64,000 nucleotides of DNA from assembly GCA_963836755.1 (NCBI GenBank), contig CAWIKF010000002.1:704001-768000 (forward strand), written 5' to 3'. Shown here piece after piece: positions 30,162 through 40,583 of the stretch; positions within the stretch are counted from its first letter, which is position 1; each line of letters starts with the position of its first letter. The position numbers and the translations under genes were made by a program. The notes below the pieces were generated by a model that saw only the letters and a list, made by a program, of their open reading frames with translations, was not told the origin of the DNA and made no database searches. Source of the DNA: an uncultured Verrucomicrobiae bacterium (GTDB taxonomy: Bacteria > Verrucomicrobiota > Verrucomicrobiia > Chthoniobacterales > Chthoniobacteraceae).

Positions 30162-32147
30162 ATGATTGCCCTGCGCGAAAATTTACCGAGCGACTTCGTG
30201 TCGCGCATCGCGGAAATTTTCTCGCCGAACGGATTGCTGGCGCAGGCAAAGAATTTTGAGTTTCGCGCGGAGCAGCAGGAAATGGCGGTGGCTGTGGCGC
30301 GAGCCTTGGAGGACGAAACGCATCTCGTGGTCGAGGCGGGGACGGGCGTCGGCAAATCGCTCGCGTATCTGGTGCCGTCAATCTTGTTTGCGCTCAAAAA
30401 CCAAAAGAAAGCAGTTGTTTCGACATATACTATCAACCTGCAGGAGCAGTTGATTTACAAAGACATCCCGATTTTGCAAAAACTTTTGCCCGAGGAATTT
30501 GAGGCGGCGCTGTGGAAGGGGCGGCAGAATTATTTGTGTCCGCTGCGGCTGGAGCGCGCGATGGCGCACGCGGGTGAGCTTTTCACGGGGCCGGAGCAGG
30601 AGGAGTTGAAGCGGATTCAAGAATGGGCGCAGACGACGCGTGAGGGGACGCTGTCGGATTTTACCGTCGAGCCGGACTCGGCAGTGTGGGCGCAGGTGTG
30701 CAGCGAGCAGCATATTTGCACGACGAAAACCTGCGGACAAAACACGCGCTGCTTTTATCAGCAGGCGCGGAAGCGGTTGGTCTCGGCGGATCTGGTGGTG
30801 ATGAATCACACGCTCTTTTTCATGAATCTCGGGACGCTCGCGGAGATCGAGGAAAAGGAGTCGGGCTACATTTTCGCGAATGACTTCGTGATCTTTGACG
30901 AGGCGCACACGCTCGAGGCGGTGGCGGCGAAACAGATCGGGATCGGTGTGTCGCAATATGGGCTGCGGTATGTTTTGCAGCGGTTATACAACCCCAAAAC
31001 GAAGAAGGGGCTGTTCACGGTTTCGCGGAACGCGGAAGGAGTGCGCGAAGTTGCGGCGCTGCTGGACGACATCGAGCAGTTTTTTAAACAAGTGGAAGCG
31101 CGGGCGAATTTTAAAAAAGGACGCGAGTTCCGTGTGCGCGAGCCAGATTTTGTCGAGGACGCGCTGACGGCGAAGCTGGCGAGACTGCAGGCGCTGATTG
31201 TGAACACTCTGAAAAGTTCCGAGGACGAAACATTAAAATCGGAGCTGCAGGATCTCGGGCGACGGGTGCGCGACGCGCGCGAGGGCTTGGCAGAATTTTT
31301 GAGCCAGAGCGCGGCGGAGGATTACGTTTATTGGGTGGAAAAAACGGGGCGCACGGAAAAGTGGCTGAGCTTGAATGCAGCGCCGGTGGATATTGCCGCG
31401 CATTTGCGGCAGATGCTTTTTCGCGATGCGCAGCATTGTGTGATGACGAGCGCGACGCTTTCTGTCGGGAGTGAAAAATTGGCATATTTCCGCAATCGCG
31501 TCGGCGCGGAGGAGGTCGAAGCGATGCAGATCGGAAGTCCGTTTGATTACGAGACGCAGATGAAACTTTACGTCACGCGGAAGATGCCGGACCCGCGTGA
31601 CGAGGCTTACGAGGGCGAGCTCGCGAAGCAGATCGAGCATTTCGTGGAGATGAGCGCGGGGCGGGCTTTCGTGCTTTTCACAAGCTACAGAGCGATGCAG
31701 GCGCTGGCGGAGCGGTTGGAGACAAAGTTTAACGACGCGAAATGGAAACTGCTCGTGCAGGGAAAAGGCGCGCCGCGGCATCGGCTGATCGAGGAATTTA
31801 AAAACGGCGAACGCTGCGTGCTGTTCGGCACAGATAGTTTTTGGAGCGGCGTCGATGTGCCGGGCGAGGCGCTCAGCAATGTGATCATCACGCGGCTGCC
31901 GTTCGCGGTGCCCGATCATCCGATGGTTGAGGCGAAGCTTGAGATGATCGAAGCGCGCGGCGGCGACCCATTTTCGGAATACTCGCTGCCGGAGGCGATT
32001 CTGAAATTGCGACAGGGCGTGGGGCGGCTGATCCGGACGAAAGCCGATCGCGGGATCGTTGTGATTTTGGATCCGCGGATTCTGACGAAGAATTACGGCC
32101 GCGCATTTATGAAGGCGCTTCCGGAATGTCCGGTGGAGATCGTGTAG
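30162..32147 (+). CDS. DinG/YoaA-family Fe-S helicase
   Basis: EAGTGVGKS, KGRQNYLC, DEAH, TSATL, FWSGVDVPG, QGVGRLIR. Confidence 0.92.
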   Translation: MIALRENLPSDFVSRIAEIFSPNGLLAQAKNFEFRAEQQEMAVAVARALEDETHLVVEAGTGVGKSLAYLVPSILFALKNQKKAVVSTYTINLQEQLIYKDIPILQKLLPEEFEAALWKGRQNYLCPLRLERAMAHAGELFTGPEQEELKRIQEWAQTTREGTLSDFTVEPDSAVWAQVCSEQHICTTKTCGQNTRCFYQQARKRLVSADLVVMNHTLFFMNLGTLAEIEEKESGYIFANDFVIFDEAHTLEAVAAKQIGIGVSQYGLRYVLQRLYNPKTKKGLFTVSRNAEGVREVAALLDDIEQFFKQVEARANFKKGREFRVREPDFVEDALTAKLARLQALIVNTLKSSEDETLKSELQDLGRRVRDAREGLAEFLSQSAAEDYVYWVEKTGRTEKWLSLNAAPVDIAAHLRQMLFRDAQHCVMTSATLSVGSEKLAYFRNRVGAEEVEAMQIGSPFDYETQMKLYVTRKMPDPRDEAYEGELAKQIEHFVEMSAGRAFVLFTSYRAMQALAERLETKFNDAKWKLLVQGKGAPRHRLIEEFKNGERCVLFGTDSFWSGVDVPGEALSNVIITRLPFAVPDHPMVEAKLEMIEARGGDPFSEYSLPEAILKLRQGVGRLIRTKADRGIVVILDPRILTKNYGRAFMKALPECPVEIV

Positions 32148-32300
32148 GCGATTTTTGGCTGGCGATTTTTAACCAATCCCAGCGAATCCTGCCTCGAATT
32201 TCGCTTTTCGCATTTTCAAGAAATGCAGGCGAAAGAAAAGTTGCTTAGTAAGTCGCTCGAAAACAGAGACTTAAGTTTTGGACACGAAGTATTTCGTTCG

Positions 32301-32317
32301 TTGGCAAGCATGCTGCT
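32301..32317 (+). promoter_or_regulatory. Candidate sigma54 (-24/-12) promoter
   Basis: TTGGCAAGCATGCTGCT has GG-N10-GC spacing, upstream of a nitrogen-uptake operon. Confidence 0.6.
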
Positions 32318-32375
32318 AATGCGCTGTGTGCCGTTTTTTAACGGTCTACAAACAACACAATCAACCAAGGAATAC

Positions 32376-33278
32376 ATGCTAAAACAAACTACCCTAAAAA
32401 TCGCGGCCACCGCTGCGGTGCTGCTCGGTGCTTATCTTCCGTCCTCAAGTTTTGCGGGCGTTGAGACGGCCGGCAAAACAACCAAGAACCCCGTCGTGGA
32501 AGAAGCGACGAAGTCGTGCATCACCGGTGATCTCGGTGTGACCTTCGTCACCAAATACTTCTCGCGCGGCATCAACAACGGCGATCAAGGCGTGATCGCG
32601 CAACCGTATGTCGATATCTACTTCAAGGTATTCGACGGCGGCGAGAGCGCGTTCATCAACGGAGTGACGATCAACGCGAGTGCGTGGTCCAGCATTCACT
32701 CGCACCCGGTTTCCACGGCGAATAACAACGTGAAAAACTGGCAGGAGTTCGATTACACGCCCGGCATCGCGGTGCAGTTCATGAAGAACTTCACGCTGAC
32801 GACGAGCTACTTCGAATTCGATTACCCGAGCGGCGCTTCGGATCCGCAGCGCAGCATCAATGTCAGCCTTGCTTACAATGATGCCGATCTGCTCGGCATG
32901 TGGGCGCTTCACCCGCACTTCACCGTGCTGAGGGAGCTCCCTGGCGCCGCGGCTGGTCTTGGCCCGGACGGCTGGTATTTCGAGCCAGGCATTGCTCCGG
33001 CTTTCACCTTGGTGAAAGACGGGATGTTCCCGGTCACGCTGACTCTGCCGATCACTGGCGGCTTCGGTGGTGGCAAGTTCTATAACGGCCATGGATTCGG
33101 CTACTTCTCAGCCGGCGGCAACGTCGCAGTGGGACTCGGGTTCTTCCCGAAATGCCTCGGCTCCTGGACTGCCACAGTCGGAGCGACCTATTACTACCTG
33201 CACGAAGACCTCGCACGGGTGGACAACGGTTACCACAACGACTGGGTCGGCTCGGCCGCCCTCGGCGTCACGTTCTAA
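32376..33278 (+). CDS. Outer-membrane beta-barrel protein (putative porin)
   Basis: AAGGA RBS; signal peptide; YFSRG and EFDY motifs; amphipathic strands; C-terminal Phe (LGVTF). Confidence 0.75.
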   Translation: MLKQTTLKIAATAAVLLGAYLPSSSFAGVETAGKTTKNPVVEEATKSCITGDLGVTFVTKYFSRGINNGDQGVIAQPYVDIYFKVFDGGESAFINGVTINASAWSSIHSHPVSTANNNVKNWQEFDYTPGIAVQFMKNFTLTTSYFEFDYPSGASDPQRSINVSLAYNDADLLGMWALHPHFTVLRELPGAAAGLGPDGWYFEPGIAPAFTLVKDGMFPVTLTLPITGGFGGGKFYNGHGFGYFSAGGNVAVGLGFFPKCLGSWTATVGATYYYLHEDLARVDNGYHNDWVGSAALGVTF

Positions 33279-33430
33279 AACCACCTAACTCTCAACACCT
33301 CCGGGTTCCTCCTGCATTGGTTTGTTTGGAGGAGCCCGGAGTGTGTGAAGGTTTCCGTCAGTAAAGTCAAAGTCAGCTCCCTGCGGCCCGCTTCTTTCCC
33401 CGAAAGTCAGTCAACTCAAAAAACCCAATC

Positions 33431-34762
33431 ATGAAAAAATTCTATAAAATCTGCAGTTTAGTTTCGGCCATCGCAATCTCGCTAGCGCACGGGGCGCGGG
33501 CCGAGGACAAAGTCAAAGTCGGCGTGCTCCATTCACTCAGCGGCACCATGGCGATCAGCGAGACCTCGCTGCGCGACGTGCTTCTCTTCGCGTTCGACGA
33601 GATCAACAAAAAAGGCGGCGTCATGGGCAAACAAATCGATCCGGTCATCGTCGACGGCGCATCGAACTGGCCGCTCTTCGCCGAAAAAGCCAAGCAGCTC
33701 CTCGAGCAGGACAAAGTCGCCTGCACATTCGGCTGCTGGACTTCCGTCAGCCGCAAATCCGTCCTGCCAGTCTTCGAGAAAGACAACGGCATGCTCTTTT
33801 ACCCCGTGCAATACGAGGGTGAGGAGCTTTCCAAAAACATTTTCTACACCGCCGAGGCGGTCAACCAGCAGGCGACTCCCGCCGTTGATTACCTGTTGAA
33901 GCAGGGCAAGAAGAAATTCTACCTCATCGGCACGGACTACGTTTATCCGCAGACCACGAACCTCATCCTGTTCAAATACCTCCTGTTGCACGGCGTCGCC
34001 GTGGACGACATCGGCGGCGGTTTGCGCAAGGACGACTCCGGCAAAGTCATCTCCGCCGGCAAATACGTGCCGTTCGGCCACACCGACTTCCAGCAGATCG
34101 TGGCTGACATCAAGCAATTCGCCGCCAGCGGCGACGCCTGCGTGATCAACACCATCAACGGCGACTCCAACGTTCCGTTCTTCAAGGAAATCGCCGCTGC
34201 CGGCCTTTCCCCGGCTGATTGCCCGGTCGTTTCCTTCAGCCTCGCGGAAGACGAACTCCGCGCGCTCCCGACGAAAGACCTCGTCGGCGAACTCGGCTGC
34301 TGGACTTACTTCATGTCGCTCAAGACGCCTGAAAACAAAAAGTTCCTGGCCAACTGGGACGCATGGCTCAAGACCGAAAACCATGACGGCGTGATCAAGG
34401 AAAAGCGCGTCGTGGACAGCCCGATGGTCCTTTCCTATGACGGCGTCTATCTCTGGAAAAAAGCGGTCGAGAAGGCGAAATCGTTCGACGTGGATAAAGT
34501 CCGCGAAGTCCTCGAGTCCGGCGACATCAGCTTCGACGGCCCCGGCGGCACAGTCACGATGCAGAAAAACCATCACGTGACGAAGAACGTTTACATCGGC
34601 GAGACCAAGGCCGACGGCCAGTTCAAGATCGTCAAGACTTTCCCGCAGGTGAAAGGCGAGCCGTTCCTGCTGAAGAAGCTCGACGAAGAACTCGACAAAA
34701 AGAAAGCGGCCGACGTGACCGCCCCGACTGGCGCGCCGCAGGTCGCCGCAGTGGCGCCTTGA
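33431..34762 (+). CDS. urtA: Urea ABC transporter substrate-binding protein
   Basis: [42 protein letters not shown]. Confidence 0.93.
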   Translation: MKKFYKICSLVSAIAISLAHGARAEDKVKVGVLHSLSGTMAISETSLRDVLLFAFDEINKKGGVMGKQIDPVIVDGASNWPLFAEKAKQLLEQDKVACTFGCWTSVSRKSVLPVFEKDNGMLFYPVQYEGEELSKNIFYTAEAVNQQATPAVDYLLKQGKKKFYLIGTDYVYPQTTNLILFKYLLLHGVAVDDIGGGLRKDDSGKVISAGKYVPFGHTDFQQIVADIKQFAASGDACVINTINGDSNVPFFKEIAAAGLSPADCPVVSFSLAEDELRALPTKDLVGELGCWTYFMSLKTPENKKFLANWDAWLKTENHDGVIKEKRVVDSPMVLSYDGVYLWKKAVEKAKSFDVDKVREVLESGDISFDGPGGTVTMQKNHHVTKNVYIGETKADGQFKIVKTFPQVKGEPFLLKKLDEELDKKKAADVTAPTGAPQVAAVAP

Positions 34763-34805
34763 TGCTGCCCGCCGTCAACCCGCCATTTGGCGTTGAAGGT
34801 TTATG

Positions 34806-34844
34806 AAAAGAGGGCGGGGCTCAAACTCCGCCCTCTTTTTCTTT
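34806..34844 (+). terminator. Intra-operon hairpin/terminator between urtA and urtB
   Basis: AAAAGAGGGCGG...CCGCCCTCTTTT followed by further Ts. Confidence 0.8.
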
Positions 34845-34853
34845 AAAAATTTC

Positions 34854-36582
34854 ATGAGCAAATTCAGAATCCTCGTGCTTTTGCTGCTCGGCTGCCTCAT
34901 CGGCCGGCTCCATGCCGCACCGCCCGCCGCGAAGGCTGCCGGGGAAAAACCCGAAGTCCGCACGGAACTCACGCAGGCGCTTTTGACCGAAGGCGACGAC
35001 CAACTGAAGCTCCTCAACCAGCTCGGCGATTCGGGATCAAAGTTCGTGCACGACGTCCTCGTCGCCTGGACGCGTGACGCGGTCTTCATCTTCACGGCGC
35101 CCGACGGCACCAAAGTCCCGCTTTTGCTCGAGGAACAGCAGGATGCCGATGGAAAAGCCGCCGCGATCCGCATCGATACCGGCGCGGGCTTCAAGGATGC
35201 GCAGGGGAAAGAGCAGCACTTCGCTCCCGATGAGTTGCCGACGGCGGAAACCGATATGCGGCTGCGCAGCGCGATCAGCCAGACGCTCGACCGGCTCGCG
35301 CTCGCCGATCCCGACGCCGATGCGCGGCGCGGCGCGGCGCAGAAGCTCGGCAAGTCGGGTAAAAAACAATATCTCCCGATCCTCGAGGCGCGGCTTCGCA
35401 AAGGAAACCGATCCGACCGTGAAAAAAGCCCTGCGCGCCGGACTCGCGACGCTCCGGCTCAGCGACCCCGATCCGAACGTCAAGATCGCCTCCATTCAGG
35501 AACTCGGAAACCTTGACGCCATCGGCAGCCTCGACGACCTCCAGCGTGCCGCCGCCGCGCCGGGCGCGCCTCCGGATGTCGTCCACGCGGCGAACCTCGC
35601 CATCAAAAAAATCAACGGCTACATCTCCTGGGTCAACTTTTTCGGCACCCTCTTTCGCGGCGTCAGCCTTGGCTCGATCCTGCTCGTCGTCGCGCTCGGC
35701 CTCGCCATCACCTTCGGCCTCATGGGCGTCATCAACATGGCGCACGGCGAGATGATCGCCATCGGCGCCTACACGGTTTACGTGGTCGAAAACATTGCCG
35801 GCCCCGGCCTCTGGCTCTCGCCGTTCGGTCTCAAAATCCACTTCCCGGCCCTCAACCTCGGCGGCTGGCAATACGAATGCTATTTCCTCGTCGCCATCCC
35901 GCTCGCCTTCCTCACCGCGGCGTTCGCCGGGCTCATCCTCGAGCGCACCGTCATCCGGTTTCTCTATCGCCGCCCGCTCGAATCGCTCCTCGCGACGTGG
36001 GGCGTCTCGCTCATCATGCAGCAGATGTTTCGCCTCGTCTTCGGCGCGAATAACGTGCAGGTGAACTCGCCCTCGTGGCTGAGCGGCAACTACACGCTGC
36101 ACGACGTCATCTTCGGCTACAACCGCCTTTTCGTCATCGGATTCGCCGTGGTCATCGTCATCGGCACGTGGCTGCTTTTGACAAAAACTCCGCTCGGCCT
36201 GCTGATCCGCTCCGTCATGCAAAACCGCCACATGGCCGCGTGCATGGGCGTCCGCACCGAGCGGGTGAATATGCTCACCTTCGCCTTTGGCAGCGGGCTC
36301 GCGGGACTCGCCGGCGCGTTCCTCTCGCAGATCGGCAACGTCGGGCCGAGCCTGGGTCAAAGTTACATCGTCGATTGCTTCATGACGGTCGTCGTCGGCG
36401 GCGTCGGGAACATCGTCGGCACGGTTTGCTCCGCGCTCGGCATCGGGATGATCGACCAGACCTTGCAGCCGATCATCGGCCCGGTGATGGGTAAAATCAC
36501 GGTGCTGGCGGGGATCATTTTGTTTTTGCAATGGCGACCCGCCGGGTTGTTTGTCACGAAAAGCCGGAGTCTGGAGGGGTAA
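34854..36582 (+). pseudogene. urtB: Urea ABC permease UrtB with a +1 frameshift near 35395 (possibly sequencing error)
   Basis: MSKFRIL...LPILEARL continues in another frame as AKETDP...GLMGVINMAHGE, RPLESLLATWG. Confidence 0.85.
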
Positions 36583-36640
36583 ATGGGAGGAATGTTGTTG
36601 TTCAACGCGGTTTTCGGAGAATGGCAGAGCGAGGGGTATT

Positions 36641-36789
36641 TCCCGGGTAGGGTGGGCGTCCCGCCCGCCGGTTTCGGCGTCTCGCCGAAACGAACTTCGC
36701 CAACGAGTTTCCCGCACGCATGTTCCGCCGAAAAGTTCGCCAAGGCAGGATGCCTTGGCCGGCGGGCGGGACGCCCACCCTACCCGGGA
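36641..36789. repeat. REPIN-like element: inverted pair of GTAG-type REPs
   Basis: Perfect 31-bp inverted repeats TCCCGGGTAGGGTGGGCGTCCCGCCCGCCGG (36641-36671 and 36759-36789) with internal hairpins. Confidence 0.85.
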
Positions 36790-36825
36790 GCTATCAGCTC
36801 CGCGCCGGTGGGAAATGGCTCCTCT

Positions 36826-37114
36826 GTCAGCGTCTTTTTCGGGCGTGTCAGCGTCTTTTTTGGGCGTGTCAGTCACATTTTATACAGCGTCAGCGTCTTT
36901 TTCGGGGCTGTCAGTCGCTTTTTATACAGCGTCAGCGTCTCCACGAGGGTCGTTAGCGTCTGCGCGGGGGTCGTTGGCGTCTCCACGGGGCGCGTCAGCG
37001 TCTCCACGCGCTTGGTCAGCGTCTGCGCGCGACTCGGAAACGTCTTTTCGCGCTCGGTTAGCGTCTTTTCGGGGCTCGGAAAGCCGTTTTCACGAGCAAA
37101 ACAGCCGTTTCCTC
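36826..37114 (+). repeat. Array E: 13 degenerate units of strict 21-nt period (GTCAGCGTCT...)
   Basis: Unit starts every 21 nt from 36826 to 37078; ends TTTTCACGAGCAAAACAGCCGTTTCCTC. Confidence 0.9.
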
Positions 37115-37134
37115 ATCCAAACCGGAGCCTGCCG

Positions 37135-38314
37135 ATGAATAAAAAGTCCGAAGCGCTCTGGGTCGGGTTGGTCGCGCTGGTCGCGATCGTCCGTTCTGCC
37201 CTGCCTCAACGCCTTCACTCCCGAGACCAGCCTGCTCCACATCTCGGATTTCTCGATCAATCTCTACGGGAAATACCTCACGCTCTGCGTGCTCGCGATC
37301 AGCATCGATCTCCTGTGGGGTTACACCGGGTTGTTGTCGCTCGGCCAATGCCTCTTTTTCGCGCTCGGCGGCTATGCGCTCGGCATGCATCTCATGCTGA
37401 TGATCGGCAAGCTCGGGCAGTATCACAGCGATCTGCCCGATTTCATGGTCTTCCTCGGCTACCCGAAATTGCCGGCGCATTGGGTGCCGTTTTATCATTT
37501 CTGGTTCGCGGCGGCGATGGTCGTGGTCGTGCCGGGGCTCGTCGCGCTCGTGTTCGGCTTCCTCGCGTTCCGGTCGCGGATCAAGGGCGTCTATTTTTCC
37601 ATCCTGACGCAGGCGCTGACTTACGCGGCGTGCCTGATGTTTTTCCGCAACGACTTCACCTTTGGCGGCAATAACGGCCTGACCGATTACAAGACGATCC
37701 TCGGCTACGATATCCGCAGCCCCGCGACGCAGCGGGCGCTTTACATCGCGACGGCGGTGCTGCTTTTGCTCACGTATCTCTTCTGCCGCTGGCTGACCTC
37801 GACGAAGTTCGGCAAAGTGCAGCGCGCGGTGCGCGACAGTGAGGTGCGCGTGCTTTTCTCGGGCTATGCGGCGGCGAATTTCAAGCTGTTCGTCTTCGTG
37901 ACGTGCGCGATCATCGCGGGTCTGGGCGGCGCGCTTTACGTCCCGCAGGTCGGCATCATCAACCCGAGCGAAATGGCGACCGACAAGTCGCTGGAAGCCG
38001 TCGTCTGGGTCGCGGTCGGCGGGCGCGGGACGCTGGTCGGTCCGATCATCGGATGCCTTTTCGTCAATGCGCTCAAAAGCTGGGCGACGCGCGCGTATCC
38101 CGATTACTGGCTGATCATCCTGGGTGGAATGTTCATGCTGGTCGTGCTGTTTTTACCGAAGGGAATCGTCGGGCTGTTCGGGCAGGTGAAGGATTTGATT
38201 TTTAAGCAACGGATGGACGAAGACGCGCCGCCGGTGAAGACTTTCAAGGAGGAAAAACCGCCGGCATCCGTGTTCGACCCGGTCGCCGGCGTGGCAAAGG
38301 AGCCGCTGAAATAG
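37135..38314 (+). pseudogene. urtC: Urea ABC permease UrtC with a +1 frameshift near 37191 (possibly sequencing error)
   Basis: [19 protein letters not shown] resumes after removing one C as VLPCLNAF...[38 protein letters not shown]. Confidence 0.85.
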
Positions 38315-39082
38315 ATGAGCGACCGGAAACGATTCATGCTGACGGCGGAGAACGTGAACAAGACGTTCGACGGCTTCAAGGCGATCACGGATTTGAACTT
38401 TTACATGGATGAAGGCGAGCTGCGGACGGTCATCGGGCCGAACGGGGCGGGGAAGACGACTTTCCTCGATTTGATCACCGGCCGCTCGAAGCCGGACACG
38501 GGCACGATCCAGTTCGGTCGCGACAACGCGGAGCTGACGAAGCTCAACGAGTATCAGATTTACCGGCTCGGCATCGGGCGGAAATTCCAGACGCCGACGG
38601 TCTATGTGGATCACACGGTTTTCGAGAATATCCTGCTGTCGCTCGAGGGAAGCCGCGGGGTGTTTTCGGCGCTATTCGCGCGGGTCACGCCGGCGCAGAA
38701 GGAGCGGATTCATGAGGTTTTGAAGATCATCAACCTCTCGCACAAGGCGCACGACAAAGCTGGCTCGCTCGCGCACGGCCAGAAGCAATGGCTCGAGATC
38801 GGGATGTTGCTCGCGCAAAACGCGAAGCTGCTGCTGGTGGATGAACCGGCCGCCGGCATGACCGACGAGGAGACCGCAAAGACGGGCGAACTTTTACTCA
38901 GTCTCGCAGGGCATCACACGATCATCGTCATCGAGCACGACATGGTTTTCGTGCGGCAGATTGCGACAAAAGTCACGGTGCTGCACCAGGGGACGGTGCT
39001 CTGCGAAGGGACCGTGGACGAAGTGCAGAACAACGAGCGCGTCATCGAGGTCTATCTCGGCCGCAAGAAAGCCCACGATTAA
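38315..39082 (+). CDS. urtD: Urea ABC ATP-binding protein
   Basis: GPNGAGKTT, GIGRKFQ, HGQKQWLEIG, DEPAAG. Confidence 0.93.
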   Translation: MSDRKRFMLTAENVNKTFDGFKAITDLNFYMDEGELRTVIGPNGAGKTTFLDLITGRSKPDTGTIQFGRDNAELTKLNEYQIYRLGIGRKFQTPTVYVDHTVFENILLSLEGSRGVFSALFARVTPAQKERIHEVLKIINLSHKAHDKAGSLAHGQKQWLEIGMLLAQNAKLLLVDEPAAGMTDEETAKTGELLLSLAGHHTIIVIEHDMVFVRQIATKVTVLHQGTVLCEGTVDEVQNNERVIEVYLGRKKAHD

Positions 39083-39799
39083 ATGACCGCGCCCGTCTCG
39101 CCGCTGCTCAGTGTCTCCGCGTTGAACGTCTCCATCGGCGGCTCGCGGATTTTGCGCGGCGTGAACCTCGAGATTCCGCCGCGGCAGGTGATGTGCCTCA
39201 TGGGGCGCAACGGCGTCGGCAAGACGACCACGCTGCGGACGATCGTCGGCCTGCAAAAGGCGTCGAGCGGCCATGTCCGCCTCGCCGATGAGGAAGTGAC
39301 CGGCCTCAAACCCGAGGCGCGGGCGCGCAAAGGCATCGGCTTCGTCCCGCAAGGGCGCGAGATTTTCCCGAACATGACCGTGATGGAGAATTTGCACATC
39401 GGCCCCGTCGCGATGGGAAGAAAGTTGAACGGCCAGCTCGACCGCGTCTTCCAGCTTTTCCCGATCTTGAAAGATTTCCTCGCGCGCAAAGGCGGCATGC
39501 TCAGCGGCGGCCAGCAACAGCAGCTCGCCATCGCCCGCGCGCTGCTCACCGAGCCGAAAGTTCTGATCCTCGACGAGCCGACCGAGGGGATTCAGCCAAA
39601 CATCATCGACCAGATCGGCGACACGATCAAAGTTCTCCGCGCCGAGGGCAAAATGAGCATCCTGCTCGTCGAGCAATACCTCGATTTCTGCAAAGAGCTC
39701 GCCGATACCTTCGCGATCATGGACCGCGGCGCCGTAGTCGCCAGCGGCGGCATCGCCGACCTCACCGACGAAGTCATCCGCCAGCATTTGATCGTGTAA
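39083..39799 (+). CDS. urtE: Urea ABC ATP-binding protein
   Basis: GRNGVGKTT, PQGREIF, LSGGQQQQLAI, DEPTEGIQP. Confidence 0.93.
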   Translation: MTAPVSPLLSVSALNVSIGGSRILRGVNLEIPPRQVMCLMGRNGVGKTTTLRTIVGLQKASSGHVRLADEEVTGLKPEARARKGIGFVPQGREIFPNMTVMENLHIGPVAMGRKLNGQLDRVFQLFPILKDFLARKGGMLSGGQQQQLAIARALLTEPKVLILDEPTEGIQPNIIDQIGDTIKVLRAEGKMSILLVEQYLDFCKELADTFAIMDRGAVVASGGIADLTDEVIRQHLIV

Positions 39800-39851
39800 A
39801 GGCTGGCGTCATTGACAGACCGGGCGTCGCGGCTTTTAGTCTCTCACTCCG

Positions 39852-40166
39852 ATGCTCTCGCGTCTTGTGACCTCGCTACTCTTCCTTGCGATGGCTTTTC
39901 TTTCGCAGACGACGCGCGCGACTCCCGTTGACATGCCCCGCATGAGCTGCTGCGCCAAGCCTCATCAGCATCAGAGCTGCCCGGATTGCCCGGCGTCGCC
40001 CAGCGGCAATCACTCATGCTGCACCCTCCCGGCGTCGCTCGTCTTGTTTCTCGAGCATCATCGCTCGCCGGTCATCTCCTTTTCCATCGCCCGCCATCGG
40101 ATCGCGGACGATCTCTTCGCGAGCCGGAGCGAGGCTCCGTTGCTGCCTCCGCCGAAGATCGCCTGA
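39852..40166 (+). CDS. Small exported Cys/His-rich protein with Pro-rich C-terminus (DUF2946/CutF/CruR-like)
   Basis: Signal-like N-terminus; SCC, HQHQSCPDC, HSCC; ends RSEAPLLPPPKIA. Confidence 0.65.
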   Translation: MLSRLVTSLLFLAMAFLSQTTRATPVDMPRMSCCAKPHQHQSCPDCPASPSGNHSCCTLPASLVLFLEHHRSPVISFSIARHRIADDLFASRSEAPLLPPPKIA

Positions 40167-40250
40167 TTCCCTCCGCGCCAGCTCACCCGAGTCGCTTCGA
40201 TTTCGGGCGAGGTCAACTTTGATTCCAAAATCCTACAAAAGGAGACTTAA

Positions 40251-40415
40251 ATGAAATCACTACTGCTCATCGCCTCGGCCATCATGGCCGTCGCATCGCC
40301 CTTCACCACCCAGGTGAAGGCGGCCGCTGATTGCTGCGACTGCTGCAGCACCGGCGTGTGCGGGTGCGCGCAATGCACCTGCTGCGATTGCGCGACCTGC
40401 CCGAGCTGCCAGTAA
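40251..40415 (+). CDS. 54-aa secreted metallothionein-like peptide (12 Cys)
   Basis: Below the ORF-track cutoff. AAGGAG RBS at 40239-40244; MKSLLLIASAIMAVASPFTTQVKAAADCCDCCSTGVCGCAQCTCCDCATCPSCQ*. Confidence 0.85.
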   Translation: MKSLLLIASAIMAVASPFTTQVKAAADCCDCCSTGVCGCAQCTCCDCATCPSCQ

Positions 40416-40583
40416 ACTCGGCTGCTCGACCTGGAGCGCCCGCCGGTCCTCGTGGCCGGCGGGCGTTTCCATTTCCGGAGATCGAGGAATGGAAAAAGGC
40501 GTGCCAGTTTCCCGGCGCGCTTTCAAGCATGAGGCAGAGGCGCAAAAATATTGAGGCAAACGTGAGAACGGCGCGGTTTGAAG

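Noticed and set aside
36551..37674. ORFs 36551-37138 and 36583-37674 with VSVFFGR/SASF repeats
   Set aside because: Stop-free read-through of the REPIN and array E; the real urtC start is ATG 37135.
38893..38902. TTTACTCAGT-like near match to the array end motif
   Set aside because: Mismatched, inside urtD coding sequence, with no adjacent array.
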